A DNA stretch of 62,933 nucleotides from an uncultured Rikenellaceae bacterium (GCA_964535035.1 CAZHRV010000010.1:1-62933), one strand, 5' to 3'; positions 7,579-17,129 are shown, counted from the stretch's first letter. Numbers and translations are program-made. The notes: a model not told the origin generated them from the letters alone.

Positions 7579-8997
7579 ATGCGTGATACAATAATATATA
7601 ATAACCTTTGTAAGAACCTGGTTAATACCCCGACAGATGACCAGTCGGAGGCCCTGAAAAAGATTGCAACATATATTGCAGAAAACAGTAATGATGTCAT
7701 TTTTCTTCTTACAGGTTATGCCGGCACAGGAAAGACAAGCGTTATCAGCTCAATAGTGCACACCCTTGACCTGCTCAGGATGAGATCGGTTCTGCTGGCG
7801 CCCACAGGCAGAGCTGCAAAGGTGCTGGGATACTACTCCGAAAGGCAGGCGCTTACAATCCATAAGAAGATCTATCGTCAGAAATCCTCAAAGGACGGCG
7901 TAAGCAGCTTCATCCTCGACAGAAACCTGCACAGGGATACATATTTTATTGTGGATGAGGCATCCATGATCTCAAATATCTCATCAGATGTCTCTCTTTT
8001 CGGAAGCGGCAAGCTGCTGGACGACCTCATTGAATATGTTTATTCCGGAACAGATTGCAAACTTATCCTTGTCGGCGATACTGCCCAGCTGCCACCGGTT
8101 GGATCAACATTCAGCCCGGCGCTCAACCTGAATGCGCTTGAAGAGTATGGATTTGCGCTAAGAAGCACAGAACTAAAACAGGTGCTTCGCCAGAGTGAAT
8201 CTTCAGGCGTGCTGATGAATGCAACACGTGTGAGATTGCAGATATCGGAAAATAGCCTTGTACACCCATCAATGGATTGCACTAATTTCAATGATGTAAT
8301 AAGTTTAAGCGGGGAGGATCTTATTGAGGAGCTCTCGGCATCATACGGAACCTGCGGGCTCGAGGGGACAATAATAGTTGTCAATTCAAACAAACAGGCA
8401 AACCGTTATAACCAGGGAATACGCAACAGGATATTTTTTAGGGAAGAGGAGATATGCACCGGTGATATTGTAATGGTGGTCAAAAACAATTATTTTTTGA
8501 TTGAGGATGATGAAGAGGGCCCCGGATTCATTGCAAACGGTGATATTGCAGAAATAAAGAAGATAAGAAAATATGAAGAGCGTTATGGATTCAGGTTTGC
8601 AGAAATGACATTATATTTTCCCGACTATGACTTCGAGGTGGAATCAAAAGTGATGATGGATGTCCTTCATCTTGATACACCGGCATTGCCTGCAGAAAAG
8701 AACAGTGAGCTGTTCCGGAGTATACTTACTGATTACGTGGATATCAGAACGCGGAAAAAACAATATGAAGCAGTACGCAATGATCCGTGGTTCAATGCAT
8801 TACAAATAAAGTTCGCTTATGCGGTCACCTGTCACAAAGCTCAGGGCGGACAATGGGAGAGGGTCTTTATCGACCAGGGTATGTTCAACCGCAACGAGAT
8901 CACAATGGATTACCTGCGATGGTTCTATACTGCACTGACAAGATCAACCGACAGGGTATACCTTGTAAATTTCAAGGATGAGTGGTTTGATAGGTAG
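7579..8997 (+). CDS. RecD-like SF1 DNA helicase (AAA ATPase plus UvrD_C-like C-terminus)
   Basis: It has Walker A (GYAGTGKTS) and Walker B (YFIVDEASM). The C-terminal helicase motif reads AYAVTCHKAQGGQWERVF. The start is taken at the internal ATG (MRDTIIYNN). Confidence 0.85.
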   Translation: MRDTIIYNNLCKNLVNTPTDDQSEALKKIATYIAENSNDVIFLLTGYAGTGKTSVISSIVHTLDLLRMRSVLLAPTGRAAKVLGYYSERQALTIHKKIYRQKSSKDGVSSFILDRNLHRDTYFIVDEASMISNISSDVSLFGSGKLLDDLIEYVYSGTDCKLILVGDTAQLPPVGSTFSPALNLNALEEYGFALRSTELKQVLRQSESSGVLMNATRVRLQISENSLVHPSMDCTNFNDVISLSGEDLIEELSASYGTCGLEGTIIVVNSNKQANRYNQGIRNRIFFREEEICTGDIVMVVKNNYFLIEDDEEGPGFIANGDIAEIKKIRKYEERYGFRFAEMTLYFPDYDFEVESKVMMDVLHLDTPALPAEKNSELFRSILTDYVDIRTRKKQYEAVRNDPWFNALQIKFAYAVTCHKAQGGQWERVFIDQGMFNRNEITMDYLRWFYTALTRSTDRVYLVNFKDEWFDR

Positions 8998-9045
8998 GGC
9001 AGAGGGCAGAGGGCAAAGGGTGCAGGGCTCAGGGCTCAGGGTAGA
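8997..9045 (+). repeat. Heptanucleotide tandem array (GGGNNNN)x7; G-quadruplex-type motif
   Basis: GGGCAGA GGGCAGA GGGCAAA GGGTGCA GGGCTCA GGGCTCA GGGTAGA. The array starts on the last base of the helicase TAG stop, between convergent genes. Confidence 0.85.
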
Positions 9046-9065
9046 AACTTATAGAATTAAATTGA

Positions 9066-9785
9066 TCACCAGATATAAGGGATAAGTCTGTATTTTGTTT
9101 TGAGGCAGTACTCATTATAGCCTTTAAGGTTTTTATTGAGTACCTTCTCCTCGTTAGCGATCCTGAGCACAAGCGAAACAGGGAGAAGAGCCATAGGTAT
9201 CAGTCCCCAGTAAGAACCCAGAGCCAGGGGAGTTGGAAGGTACATGATAAGAACCCCGAAGTACATCGGGTGACGAACGATACTGTACAATCCTGTTGTA
9301 ATTACTTTATGTTCCTGATCGATCTCAACTATCCTCGAAGCGTAGCTGTTCTGCCTGAAAACCATGAAAATTATAAGATATCCTCCAAGAATGACGGCAT
9401 CTGTTGCTATTATTACTTCCAGCGATACGTCCGACCAGCCAAAGCGCCTGTCAAGCCCGGGAATAATAAATGCTGCCATAAATACTGGAAGGTTAATAAG
9501 CTGTATAAGCTTTTGTTCCTTTACTTTTTCTGTTCCTTTTGTCCGCCGTTCAAGGAACTTCGGATCCATTTTAAGAAAGTAGAATAGCACGAATATCATC
9601 GGGGCACACAGTATGGAAAAATAAAGATATACCTGCCAGTAATTGAAGGTACCTGCAGGAAGCAGGGTGCACAGCCCGATGAATAGTGGTACAAGCGAGA
9701 ATCTGATTATCATTTTTCTGATAAGAGCAGATCTCTCCTGGTTTGTTATTTCGCTTTTTGCTTCCATGTCGATATGTTTAGTCAA
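9066..9785 (-). CDS. Isoprenylcysteine carboxyl methyltransferase (ICMT/PEMT)-family membrane methyltransferase
   Basis: 239 aa and polytopic. The C-terminal motif is IVRHPMYFGVLIMYL. Confidence 0.75.
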   Translation of the reverse strand: MTKHIDMEAKSEITNQERSALIRKMIIRFSLVPLFIGLCTLLPAGTFNYWQVYLYFSILCAPMIFVLFYFLKMDPKFLERRTKGTEKVKEQKLIQLINLPVFMAAFIIPGLDRRFGWSDVSLEVIIATDAVILGGYLIIFMVFRQNSYASRIVEIDQEHKVITTGLYSIVRHPMYFGVLIMYLPTPLALGSYWGLIPMALLPVSLVLRIANEEKVLNKNLKGYNEYCLKTKYRLIPYIW

Positions 9786-10854
9786 TTATTGAAGGAAATA
9801 TCATTTCCACAATTATTTTTATTATACTCATCCAGTGTTCACCGGCCTGCTGATCAGTCAGATTGCTCATCCAGCAGGTGGCAGTAACAATAAGCTGAAG
9901 GTCAGGGACAATTATTATGAATTGTCCGCCCCAGCCCATTGCCATATAATACCTGTGACCGGATGTAGTTCCGAGCCATATCTGATATCCGTATTCAGGA
10001 CCGTGAGGGACATCATTATTAGTTGAGATCTTTGTGGTGGTCATTTCATTGATCCAGCTTTCCGGGACTACCTGTTTTCCTTCATATTTTCCATTGTTCA
10101 GGACCATATTTCCGAATTTGACCATATCACGTGGTTTGATACGCAGATATGCTGCTCCCAGGTGATAGCCCCTGTCGTCGGTGCTCCATTCATACTCTGT
10201 TATTCCGAGCGGATCAAAGAGATTTTCTGTAGCAAAATCAAGCGTACTTATGCCTGTGGCTTCAGTGATTATTGCCGACAACAGGTGAGAGGCTCCGTCA
10301 CTGTAGTTGAATACAGTTCCGGGAGTGTTGATAAGCGGAAGGTCAATTATAAACTGCAGGTTATCCTCAGATTGAAAGAAACAATTTTCAAACAAGCTTG
10401 AGGATGAAGTTCCATTCCAGGCATGTCCGAATGACATTTTCAGACACTGGTCAATGGTTATTCCGGCTTTGATATTATCGGGGAATGTGATAATACCTGC
10501 AAGATATTTGCTGACCGGATCATTTACGCTTTCGATATATCCCTTATCAACAGCCAGTCCCACAAGGACACCGGTAAAGGTTTTAGTTACCGACATTATG
10601 TTTTTAATACTGTCGGCTCCATAGCTGTTGTAATTTGTATATTCTTCGGCAACGATAGTCCCTTCCCGGCAAACAATAAGGCTTAGTGCACCCTCAACTG
10701 TTTTAAACTCATCGAAAGCCAGAGTAAGCTGCTCTCCGTTTATATTATACTGAGCTGCAAGGGGAAAACGGTTAAATTCCTCCTTATGGCATGAAAACAA
10801 AAGAAAGGAAATAAAAATTAAATGAAAAACCGGAGGTTTGAAAGATTTATTCAT
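9778..10854 (-). CDS. Serine hydrolase, beta-lactamase/PBP-like family, secreted
   Basis: 358 aa with a signal peptide and an SxxK motif (SVTKTF). The stop overlaps the ICMT start by 8 nt. Confidence 0.8.
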   Translation of the reverse strand: MNKSFKPPVFHLIFISFLLFSCHKEEFNRFPLAAQYNINGEQLTLAFDEFKTVEGALSLIVCREGTIVAEEYTNYNSYGADSIKNIMSVTKTFTGVLVGLAVDKGYIESVNDPVSKYLAGIITFPDNIKAGITIDQCLKMSFGHAWNGTSSSSLFENCFFQSEDNLQFIIDLPLINTPGTVFNYSDGASHLLSAIITEATGISTLDFATENLFDPLGITEYEWSTDDRGYHLGAAYLRIKPRDMVKFGNMVLNNGKYEGKQVVPESWINEMTTTKISTNNDVPHGPEYGYQIWLGTTSGHRYYMAMGWGGQFIIIVPDLQLIVTATCWMSNLTDQQAGEHWMSIIKIIVEMIFPSIID

Positions 10855-11012
10855 GGATAAATAATATCATTATATTATGACCCTCAAGGAAGATAAAACC
10901 CTATTCGAATATTTTACCACAGACTACACGGAATTATAAAGAGTTTAACAAAAATAATCCGTATTAATCAGTATTATCCGTGGTTATTTATGAGTCCGTT
11001 GAAATATCTGCT

Positions 11013-11612
11013 TTATTTCCCAGAATTCTCAAGAAGAAGGCTGACGACATCGGGACCAACAGCATCGAACATAGCTTCAATCTGATTTGTGTAATCTGAA
11101 TTATGACTCATTATAGCGTCTTTGATCATGAATGCATTGTAGTCGTTGTTCTGTGCTCCGATCCAGGTTGCGAGAACACATCCGACAGCGCTTAATCCGC
11201 AGAGGAACACGGTGTTGACACCTTTTTCCTGCAGAACTTTATTAAGATCTGTCTTATTGAAACCATCAGGATATGTTTTAATGACTTTCGGATCATCCGA
11301 TTTTATCTGAACCGAGGACGGGAATTCAAACTCGTCAGTCCCCTGTTCAGGGCCAAACTTTTTACTGTAATGATAAATTCTGATAATGGGATACCCGTTT
11401 GTCCGGAAAAGATCAATATAGTGGTTAATGTTAGGCATAGCGATATCTTTATCCTGCTGAGCCATGCCTTTTAAATACGCATTCTGAATGTCAATAACCA
11501 GCAAAGCCGGTTTGATAATATTTTCCCCCTTCTCCTGGATCTGGGAGAAGGAGTTGCCTGATATATTCGAAAAAACGATTATAAGACATAATGCAAGGAT
11601 TCGGTTTTTCAT
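11013..11612 (-). CDS. Isochorismatase-family cysteine hydrolase, secreted
   Basis: 199 aa with a signal peptide. It contains LLVIDIQNAY and the catalytic-Cys context FLCGLSAVGCV. Confidence 0.8.
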   Translation of the reverse strand: MKNRILALCLIIVFSNISGNSFSQIQEKGENIIKPALLVIDIQNAYLKGMAQQDKDIAMPNINHYIDLFRTNGYPIIRIYHYSKKFGPEQGTDEFEFPSSVQIKSDDPKVIKTYPDGFNKTDLNKVLQEKGVNTVFLCGLSAVGCVLATWIGAQNNDYNAFMIKDAIMSHNSDYTNQIEAMFDAVGPDVVSLLLENSGK

Positions 11613-11718
11613 TTTTTTGGATTTATCTGGTTAATTTATGTAATATTCAGGAAACACATTCATGTTCATAGTTTTCTGTATACAGTTATAATCAGAAAGT
11701 ACTGTGTAAATAATCCTG

Positions 11719-13401
11719 TTAACCTGCCATTGCCTTCAGCAGCATTATACCTGTAATAAAGCCGGAGAAGAGCATCAAAACGCTTATGATTAACCACCAC
11801 CAGATTTTACTCCACTTTGGAGTGATCACTTCCCCTTCATTTCCGGCAAAGATATTCCACGCCTGATTACCTCTCTTTACTGCCCAGTGCTCATAGAAGA
11901 ATATTAATAATCCACCCATCAGGCTGCCCGCTACAGTTATTGCCCACCAGGTCATAACAATCCACGGTGATAAAGGTATTATCTGTGACATTGCGAGACT
12001 CATATTTTCAAGGGGCATGGCTACCGGAAAGATCCCTGCCAATCCCAGTAATGTAACAGCTATAACCTGTGGAAACCGATGTAATAAGAACCTGCCAAAG
12101 TTCTTTTTACCTGCAGAGGCCAGCGCAGGAGAATGAAAAATAATCCATGCTGTAAATAAAGGAAGACCGAGTATGAGTAAAACCTGTTGCTGCTCGCTTA
12201 TACCTCCTGATACCGCTTTTAAGATAATGATCACCTGTGCCACTAGATAGGCTATTGTTACAGGTACAAGATCGCCAATTGTTTCTGTCAGGGCATTCCT
12301 CAGGTGAGTTGTTTTACCGGGTTGTAAGACAATGAGTTTCATAATCAGGGCAACAGGGCCAAGGACAATAATGGCGGGAATCCAGAATCTTAATCCGTTG
12401 CTTCGGGAGGGAAGGATGAATAGCAAAACCATGGTGATGATTATCAGGGCAGTCCATGATATACCAACAGTATTATTAATCTTTATAGTCTTTGTTAAAT
12501 GCCTGTAACGATTTGCAGCTTCATGTTGTACATCCTCCGGAAAAAGCTTGCTCAGAGGTCCCGGTTCACGAGGATTTGATAATTCGTTCTTAACGTTTAA
12601 CACAACAGGGTGGTCGTACTGGTAGAAATAATAAATGTACACTATTCCATTAACAAGATCAGCTACAAGAGTTTCAATTGTCCAACTGGCACTTTCCTGA
12701 TGGACTGCATCCATAACATATGTAACATCTTTATAACTCAGCGGTTCTTCTTTATCAATCAGTTGCCCAATCAGTTCATGAGCTTTGTCATAACGCCAGC
12801 AGGGATAACCAAAACCATTTGAAGGATTAGCAACATTGAAGTTTGTAGAAACTAAGAATCCGTCACCGGGTGTTTTCCTGGTAAACACCATCTCACCGTC
12901 TTTCCCGGCGCTGATTATTACTGCATCACCTTTTTTATCTGCGAAATGCAACTGATCGTGCATATATGGAAACCGCTGATGGGTATTGACCCAGTCAATG
13001 ACTTCCTTAACCGTTGAACACTCATGCATTATCCACATGATATAATCATGATAATAACCTCCCGGAACAGGAATTCTTTCAGTATGCGGATTCACATCAA
13101 ACCTTGGCAGTCCGTTTGAATCATAAGCCAGTCCTTTTTCGTTAACTCCCTGCTGAGGATTATCAGGGGTACCGATCCAGATTACTCCGTATCTGGACGA
13201 ATCGCCCGGTTGTACCCAATACCAGGAGTCAGGATTGATATAATCATCATTACCTCCGAAAAATACACTATCCCCCTTTGATATTGTAATTACTGTACAT
13301 CCGGAAGGGATGTGCTTCTGCCTGGCAGAGGACAAGTCATGTGCGGATATAATTATGCTGCAGACAGTTAATAAAATACCTGATAAAAGAATCTTTCTCA
13401 T
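11719..13401 (-). CDS. Ntn-hydrolase (C45/C59-like) domain fused to a C-terminal polytopic membrane domain
   Basis: After the signal peptide comes SGCTVITI...GGNDDY, with a candidate nucleophile Cys. Residues ~320-569 contain about 7-8 hydrophobic helices. The start is taken at MRKILLSG. Confidence 0.6.
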   Translation of the reverse strand: MRKILLSGILLTVCSIIISAHDLSSARQKHIPSGCTVITISKGDSVFFGGNDDYINPDSWYWVQPGDSSRYGVIWIGTPDNPQQGVNEKGLAYDSNGLPRFDVNPHTERIPVPGGYYHDYIMWIMHECSTVKEVIDWVNTHQRFPYMHDQLHFADKKGDAVIISAGKDGEMVFTRKTPGDGFLVSTNFNVANPSNGFGYPCWRYDKAHELIGQLIDKEEPLSYKDVTYVMDAVHQESASWTIETLVADLVNGIVYIYYFYQYDHPVVLNVKNELSNPREPGPLSKLFPEDVQHEAANRYRHLTKTIKINNTVGISWTALIIITMVLLFILPSRSNGLRFWIPAIIVLGPVALIMKLIVLQPGKTTHLRNALTETIGDLVPVTIAYLVAQVIIILKAVSGGISEQQQVLLILGLPLFTAWIIFHSPALASAGKKNFGRFLLHRFPQVIAVTLLGLAGIFPVAMPLENMSLAMSQIIPLSPWIVMTWWAITVAGSLMGGLLIFFYEHWAVKRGNQAWNIFAGNEGEVITPKWSKIWWWLIISVLMLFSGFITGIMLLKAMAG

Positions 13402-13531
13402 ATTCTGTACTTTAAAATGAGTTACCACAAAAGTGGGATTAAACGGTATTTTGTTTTCCGGCAGTATTCCTTATATCCCGGCAGATTACCCAGCATTGAA
13501 GTATTCATCATATCTGAATAATTGGTTAAAA

Positions 13532-14030
13532 TTACTTTTTCATTTTTAACTTTTCCAGTATTTCTTTCGTTTTTTTATTGCCGGGATAGATTTCCAGTGC
13601 GAGTCTGAATACTCTTATTGATTTTTTTTCATACCACGGTTCAATAATGTATATCCAAGTCAGTTGAGATCATTTTCCGGATAAGTCAATTTATTATCTG
13701 CCCTTGATCGTGATTTTTTAAAATTCCTGACAGCCCGGTCTATGACATTATCAATTGATTGTTTCACAAGCTGAAGTTCTTTTGACTCATCAAAAGTTTC
13801 TATTGTAAATCCTTCATAATTCCAGTTGCCACTACCGGGGGCAGTGTAAGAATAAGCACAGCTCCCCCGGGAGAACTTTTATGGGTCATTCCAACCGGGT
13901 TGATTTTTCCGAATATCGTCCTTGCCAATTCATCAGTCAGGACAATGCTGTAAGGTTTATTAAGAATATCTTCAGGTCTGGCATATAACCATGTCTGATC
14001 AAAAAAACCGAAAAAGGTTGAATCGGCCAA
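13532..14030 (-). pseudogene. Decayed gene fragments: a MacB/FtsX-permease periplasmic-domain piece and a frameshifted TPR-like C-terminal tail
   Basis: The 76-aa ORF has ...YSIVLTDELARTIFGKINPVGMT and then loses frame. Two further frames read ...KLTYPENDLN* and ...IRVFRLALEIYPGNKKTKEILEKLKMKK*. Confidence 0.5.
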
Positions 14031-14148
14031 ACATGTCCTGGCTATAAGAAAGGTTACAAAAATTAAATGATTTTTTTAAGTTCCTGGGATTTATAATTCA
14101 AAAGGTCAAGAAAATCCGGTCTTTTCTGATTTGAAATATTGGCACCTG

Positions 14149-14700
14149 CTATTCCTCTCTTTTATTTTCAAACAAATCTGAATAGAACCTTCTGACATAA
14201 TTTTCAGGTATTTTATCGACAGGATATGCTCCGTGCATTAACACATGGACCCAGCGGCCGTCTCTCTTCTCCAACACCCCGGTCTGAAAAACATCCTTCA
14301 GGCAGGATTCCTTACCATTGAATGAGCCGCAATCATCGACAAAGCACGAATACCATGCGACATCACCTGACTGCGAAAAGACAATTCGCAGTTCCCTGAA
14401 CTCATAGCGTGTTCCTCTGAAGCCAGGATCTTTCCAGACCTCTGAGTATTTCTTAAAGTCATCGAGTCCAATAATTTTGCTGTCAGATGTTAACCAGAAA
14501 TGGAACATATTATCTGCCCATAACCTGTACATGGCTTCAAAATCCTTTTCAATAGCCCATCCTATTGATTGTTCTATAGCATGCTTTACTGCTGCATAAT
14601 TGCCGGACGTATCTGCCATAGCCTGAATTTGTCCGCTTGCTGCATGCGAGAACAAACCGGCAAATATCCATGTGATTACAGTGATTTTCAGTGTTTTCAT
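14149..14700 (-). CDS. SnoaL/NTF2-like fold protein, secreted
   Basis: 183 aa with a signal peptide. The size and pattern (DDCGSFNGKESC...RDGRWVHV) fit nuclear-transport-factor-2-like domains. Confidence 0.5.
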   Translation of the reverse strand: MKTLKITVITWIFAGLFSHAASGQIQAMADTSGNYAAVKHAIEQSIGWAIEKDFEAMYRLWADNMFHFWLTSDSKIIGLDDFKKYSEVWKDPGFRGTRYEFRELRIVFSQSGDVAWYSCFVDDCGSFNGKESCLKDVFQTGVLEKRDGRWVHVLMHGAYPVDKIPENYVRRFYSDLFENKREE

Positions 14701-14831
14701 TACTTTAATATTAGTGAATAATCAAAATTACTAAAATGAGTTGACAATAATAGATTACGAATTCACAAACAGATGGCACGGATTAACAAATCGTATCTTC
14801 AGATTATTCTTTAACTTTAAAGAAAAAATCT

Positions 14832-15248
14832 ATGACATCATATCGTAAAGAACTCTGGTTTGAGATTCCGACCCGTCGTGCTTTTGTCAACATTACGGGG
14901 CAGGTTGAGAGATGCCTGAATGAATCAGGAATACAGGAAGGCCTGATACTTGTTAATGCTATGCATATAAGTGCTTCAGTATTTATTAATGATGATGAAG
15001 CAGGATTACACCACGATTTTGAAGTGTGGCTTGAAAAGCTTGCTCCTGAGAAACCTTATTCACAGTATAGGCATAATGGCTTTGAAGATAATGCCGATGC
15101 CCATATCAAACGTACTCTGATGGGCAGGGAAGTGGTCGTTGCAATTTCAAAAGGCCAGATGGATTTCGGCCCCTGGGAACAGATCTTCTATGGCGAATTC
15201 GATGGCAAACGCCGCAAGCGCGTACTCGTAAAAATCATTGGGGAATAA
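14832..15248 (+). CDS. yjbQ: YjbQ/UPF0047 family (secondary thiamine-phosphate synthase) protein
   Basis: 138 aa. Conserved stretches include [20 protein letters not shown] and [17 protein letters not shown]. Confidence 0.85.
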   Translation: MTSYRKELWFEIPTRRAFVNITGQVERCLNESGIQEGLILVNAMHISASVFINDDEAGLHHDFEVWLEKLAPEKPYSQYRHNGFEDNADAHIKRTLMGREVVVAISKGQMDFGPWEQIFYGEFDGKRRKRVLVKIIGE

Positions 15249-15404
15249 ATACCCCCCTGCCGCTTCGCGGCTTCCCCCTGAAGGGGGATTAAGCTCAATA
15301 ATTACTGCAAATCCAGGAATAAGTTAGGATTAGCCCCCCTCAGAGCCTGTCCCGATAGCTTGAGCGAAGTGAAAGCGTATGGGGATGGGGGGTATTTATC
15401 CCAA
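15239..15404. repeat. GC-rich intergenic element bounded by inverted repeats ATTGGG(GA)ATAAATACCCCCC
   Basis: The arms contain a perfect 13-bp inverted repeat (15245-15257 and 15387-15399), which extends to about 19 bp with an indel. Both convergent stop codons lie inside the arms. Internal hairpins are GCCGC-TTC-GCGGC and TCCCCCT-GAA-GGGGGAT. Confidence 0.7.
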
Positions 15405-17129
15405 TTTCATATCAACAACAATTCTATCAATCCTCTGATCAAGCATCTTTTCAGTTTCTACAAATCTATCTGCTGATTCAAGTGTAGTATTTACACTAAA
15501 ATAAAACTTGATCTTCGGTTCGGTACCGGATGGTCTCACTGAGATCTTTGATCGATCCTCAAGGAAAAACTGGAGAACATTAGATTTCAGAAGATCAATT
15601 TTTGTTTTTATTCCTGATATACAATCAGTTGACATCAGTGTTTCATAATCATTGATCTTCACTACTTTGCTGTGGTTGATGCTTTTTGGAGGGTCGTTCC
15701 TGTAAGCGATCATCATTGCCTTGATCTCATTTGCTCCTTCAGCACCTTTGCGGACAATATTGATCAGCTTTTCCTTGTATAATCCATACTCAAGGTAAAT
15801 GTCGATCAGCATCTCATAAAGTGATTTGCCCCTGCTCTTTGCCCATGTAGCAGTTTCAGCAACAAGTGCGCATGAGCCTACAGCATCCTTATCTCTGACA
15901 TAGTCTCCCGGAAGGAAACCATAGCTCTCCTCTCCGCCGCCGATATATTTCTCTTTACCCTCCAGTTTCCTTATCAAGTCGGCAAAGAATTTAAATCCCG
16001 TAAGGACATTATAACATGTAACACCATGTTTTTCTGCTATACTGTCCATCAGGTCGGTTGTGACTATCGTCTTGATAATGTATTCATTACCCTTATATTT
16101 CTTTTTTTCCCTGAATTGAGAAAGGATGTAATATGTAAGCAGAACACTGGTCTGGTTTCCGTTCAGGAGCACAAACTCCCCGCTCTTGTTTTTACATGCA
16201 ATTCCCAGTCTGTCAGCATCAGGATCTGTAGCCATTACCAGATCGGCTCCTGTACTGACAGCCTTCTCAATTGCCAGCTTCAATGCATCCGGATCTTCAG
16301 GATTGGGCGATTTGACAGTTGGGAAATTACCGTCAGGTTTTTCTTGTTCCGGAACGCTTATGATATTTCTGAATCCGAATAATCTGAGGGCGGGCGGCAC
16401 AAGTATAACACCTGTACCATGAATAGGAGTGTAGACAATTCCAAGATCACTGTTATTGCTGATAACCTCAGGATTAATTCTTATTTTCAGAACCTCCTGC
16501 AGGAATGCATCATCGGTCTCCTTTCCGATTATGTTTATCTTTTCTTTTTTTCCGACGAACCTGATCTCATTAACAGATTTAATATTTCGTACCTCATCGA
16601 TGATACCTTTATCATGAGGGGCAACAACCTGTCCGCCGTCGTTCCAGTATGCTTTGTAACCATTATATTCCGGGGGATTATGAGAAGCTGTAATGACCAC
16701 CCCGCTCTGGCATTTATAGCGTCGTATGGCATATGATAATTCAGGAGTTGGCCGTAGTGATTCAAAAAGGTATACTTCAAAGCCATTCGCTGAAAAAATA
16801 TCAGCCGCGGTTTCAGCAAAGAGTCTGCTGTTATTCCGGCAGTCGTGAGCGATAGCGACTCTTATTTCTTCATGTCCGCATTGCCTGATGATATAATTTG
16901 AAAGTCCCTGGGTTGCCATTCCCAGGGTGTAAATGTTCATCCTGTTGGTTCCGGCTCCCATTATTCCTCTCAGACCTCCGGTGCCAAATTCAAGATCCTG
17001 GTAGAAGGAGTCAATCAGCTTCTTCTCGTCTTTTTCAAGCATTTCACGAACCTCATTACGGGTCTCTTCATTATACTCGCTGCCAAGCCATGATAGAGCT
17101 TTTTTCCTGATATCATCTATTGTTAACAT
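15396..17129 (-). CDS. Phospho-sugar mutase (phosphoglucomutase/phosphomannomutase family)
   Basis: 577 aa with the active-site loop TASHNPPEYNGYK. Confidence 0.9.
   Translation of the reverse strand: MLTIDDIRKKALSWLGSEYNEETRNEVREMLEKDEKKLIDSFYQDLEFGTGGLRGIMGAGTNRMNIYTLGMATQGLSNYIIRQCGHEEIRVAIAHDCRNNSRLFAETAADIFSANGFEVYLFESLRPTPELSYAIRRYKCQSGVVITASHNPPEYNGYKAYWNDGGQVVAPHDKGIIDEVRNIKSVNEIRFVGKKEKINIIGKETDDAFLQEVLKIRINPEVISNNSDLGIVYTPIHGTGVILVPPALRLFGFRNIISVPEQEKPDGNFPTVKSPNPEDPDALKLAIEKAVSTGADLVMATDPDADRLGIACKNKSGEFVLLNGNQTSVLLTYYILSQFREKKKYKGNEYIIKTIVTTDLMDSIAEKHGVTCYNVLTGFKFFADLIRKLEGKEKYIGGGEESYGFLPGDYVRDKDAVGSCALVAETATWAKSRGKSLYEMLIDIYLEYGLYKEKLINIVRKGAEGANEIKAMMIAYRNDPPKSINHSKVVKINDYETLMSTDCISGIKTKIDLLKSNVLQFFLEDRSKISVRPSGTEPKIKFYFSVNTTLESADRFVETEKMLDQRIDRIVVDMKLG

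Noticed and set aside
8997-9045. Heptamer arrays (also at 4798, 26360 and 43257) as CRISPR arrays.
   Set aside because: The units are 7 nt and contiguous, with no spacers, and there are no cas genes in the window.
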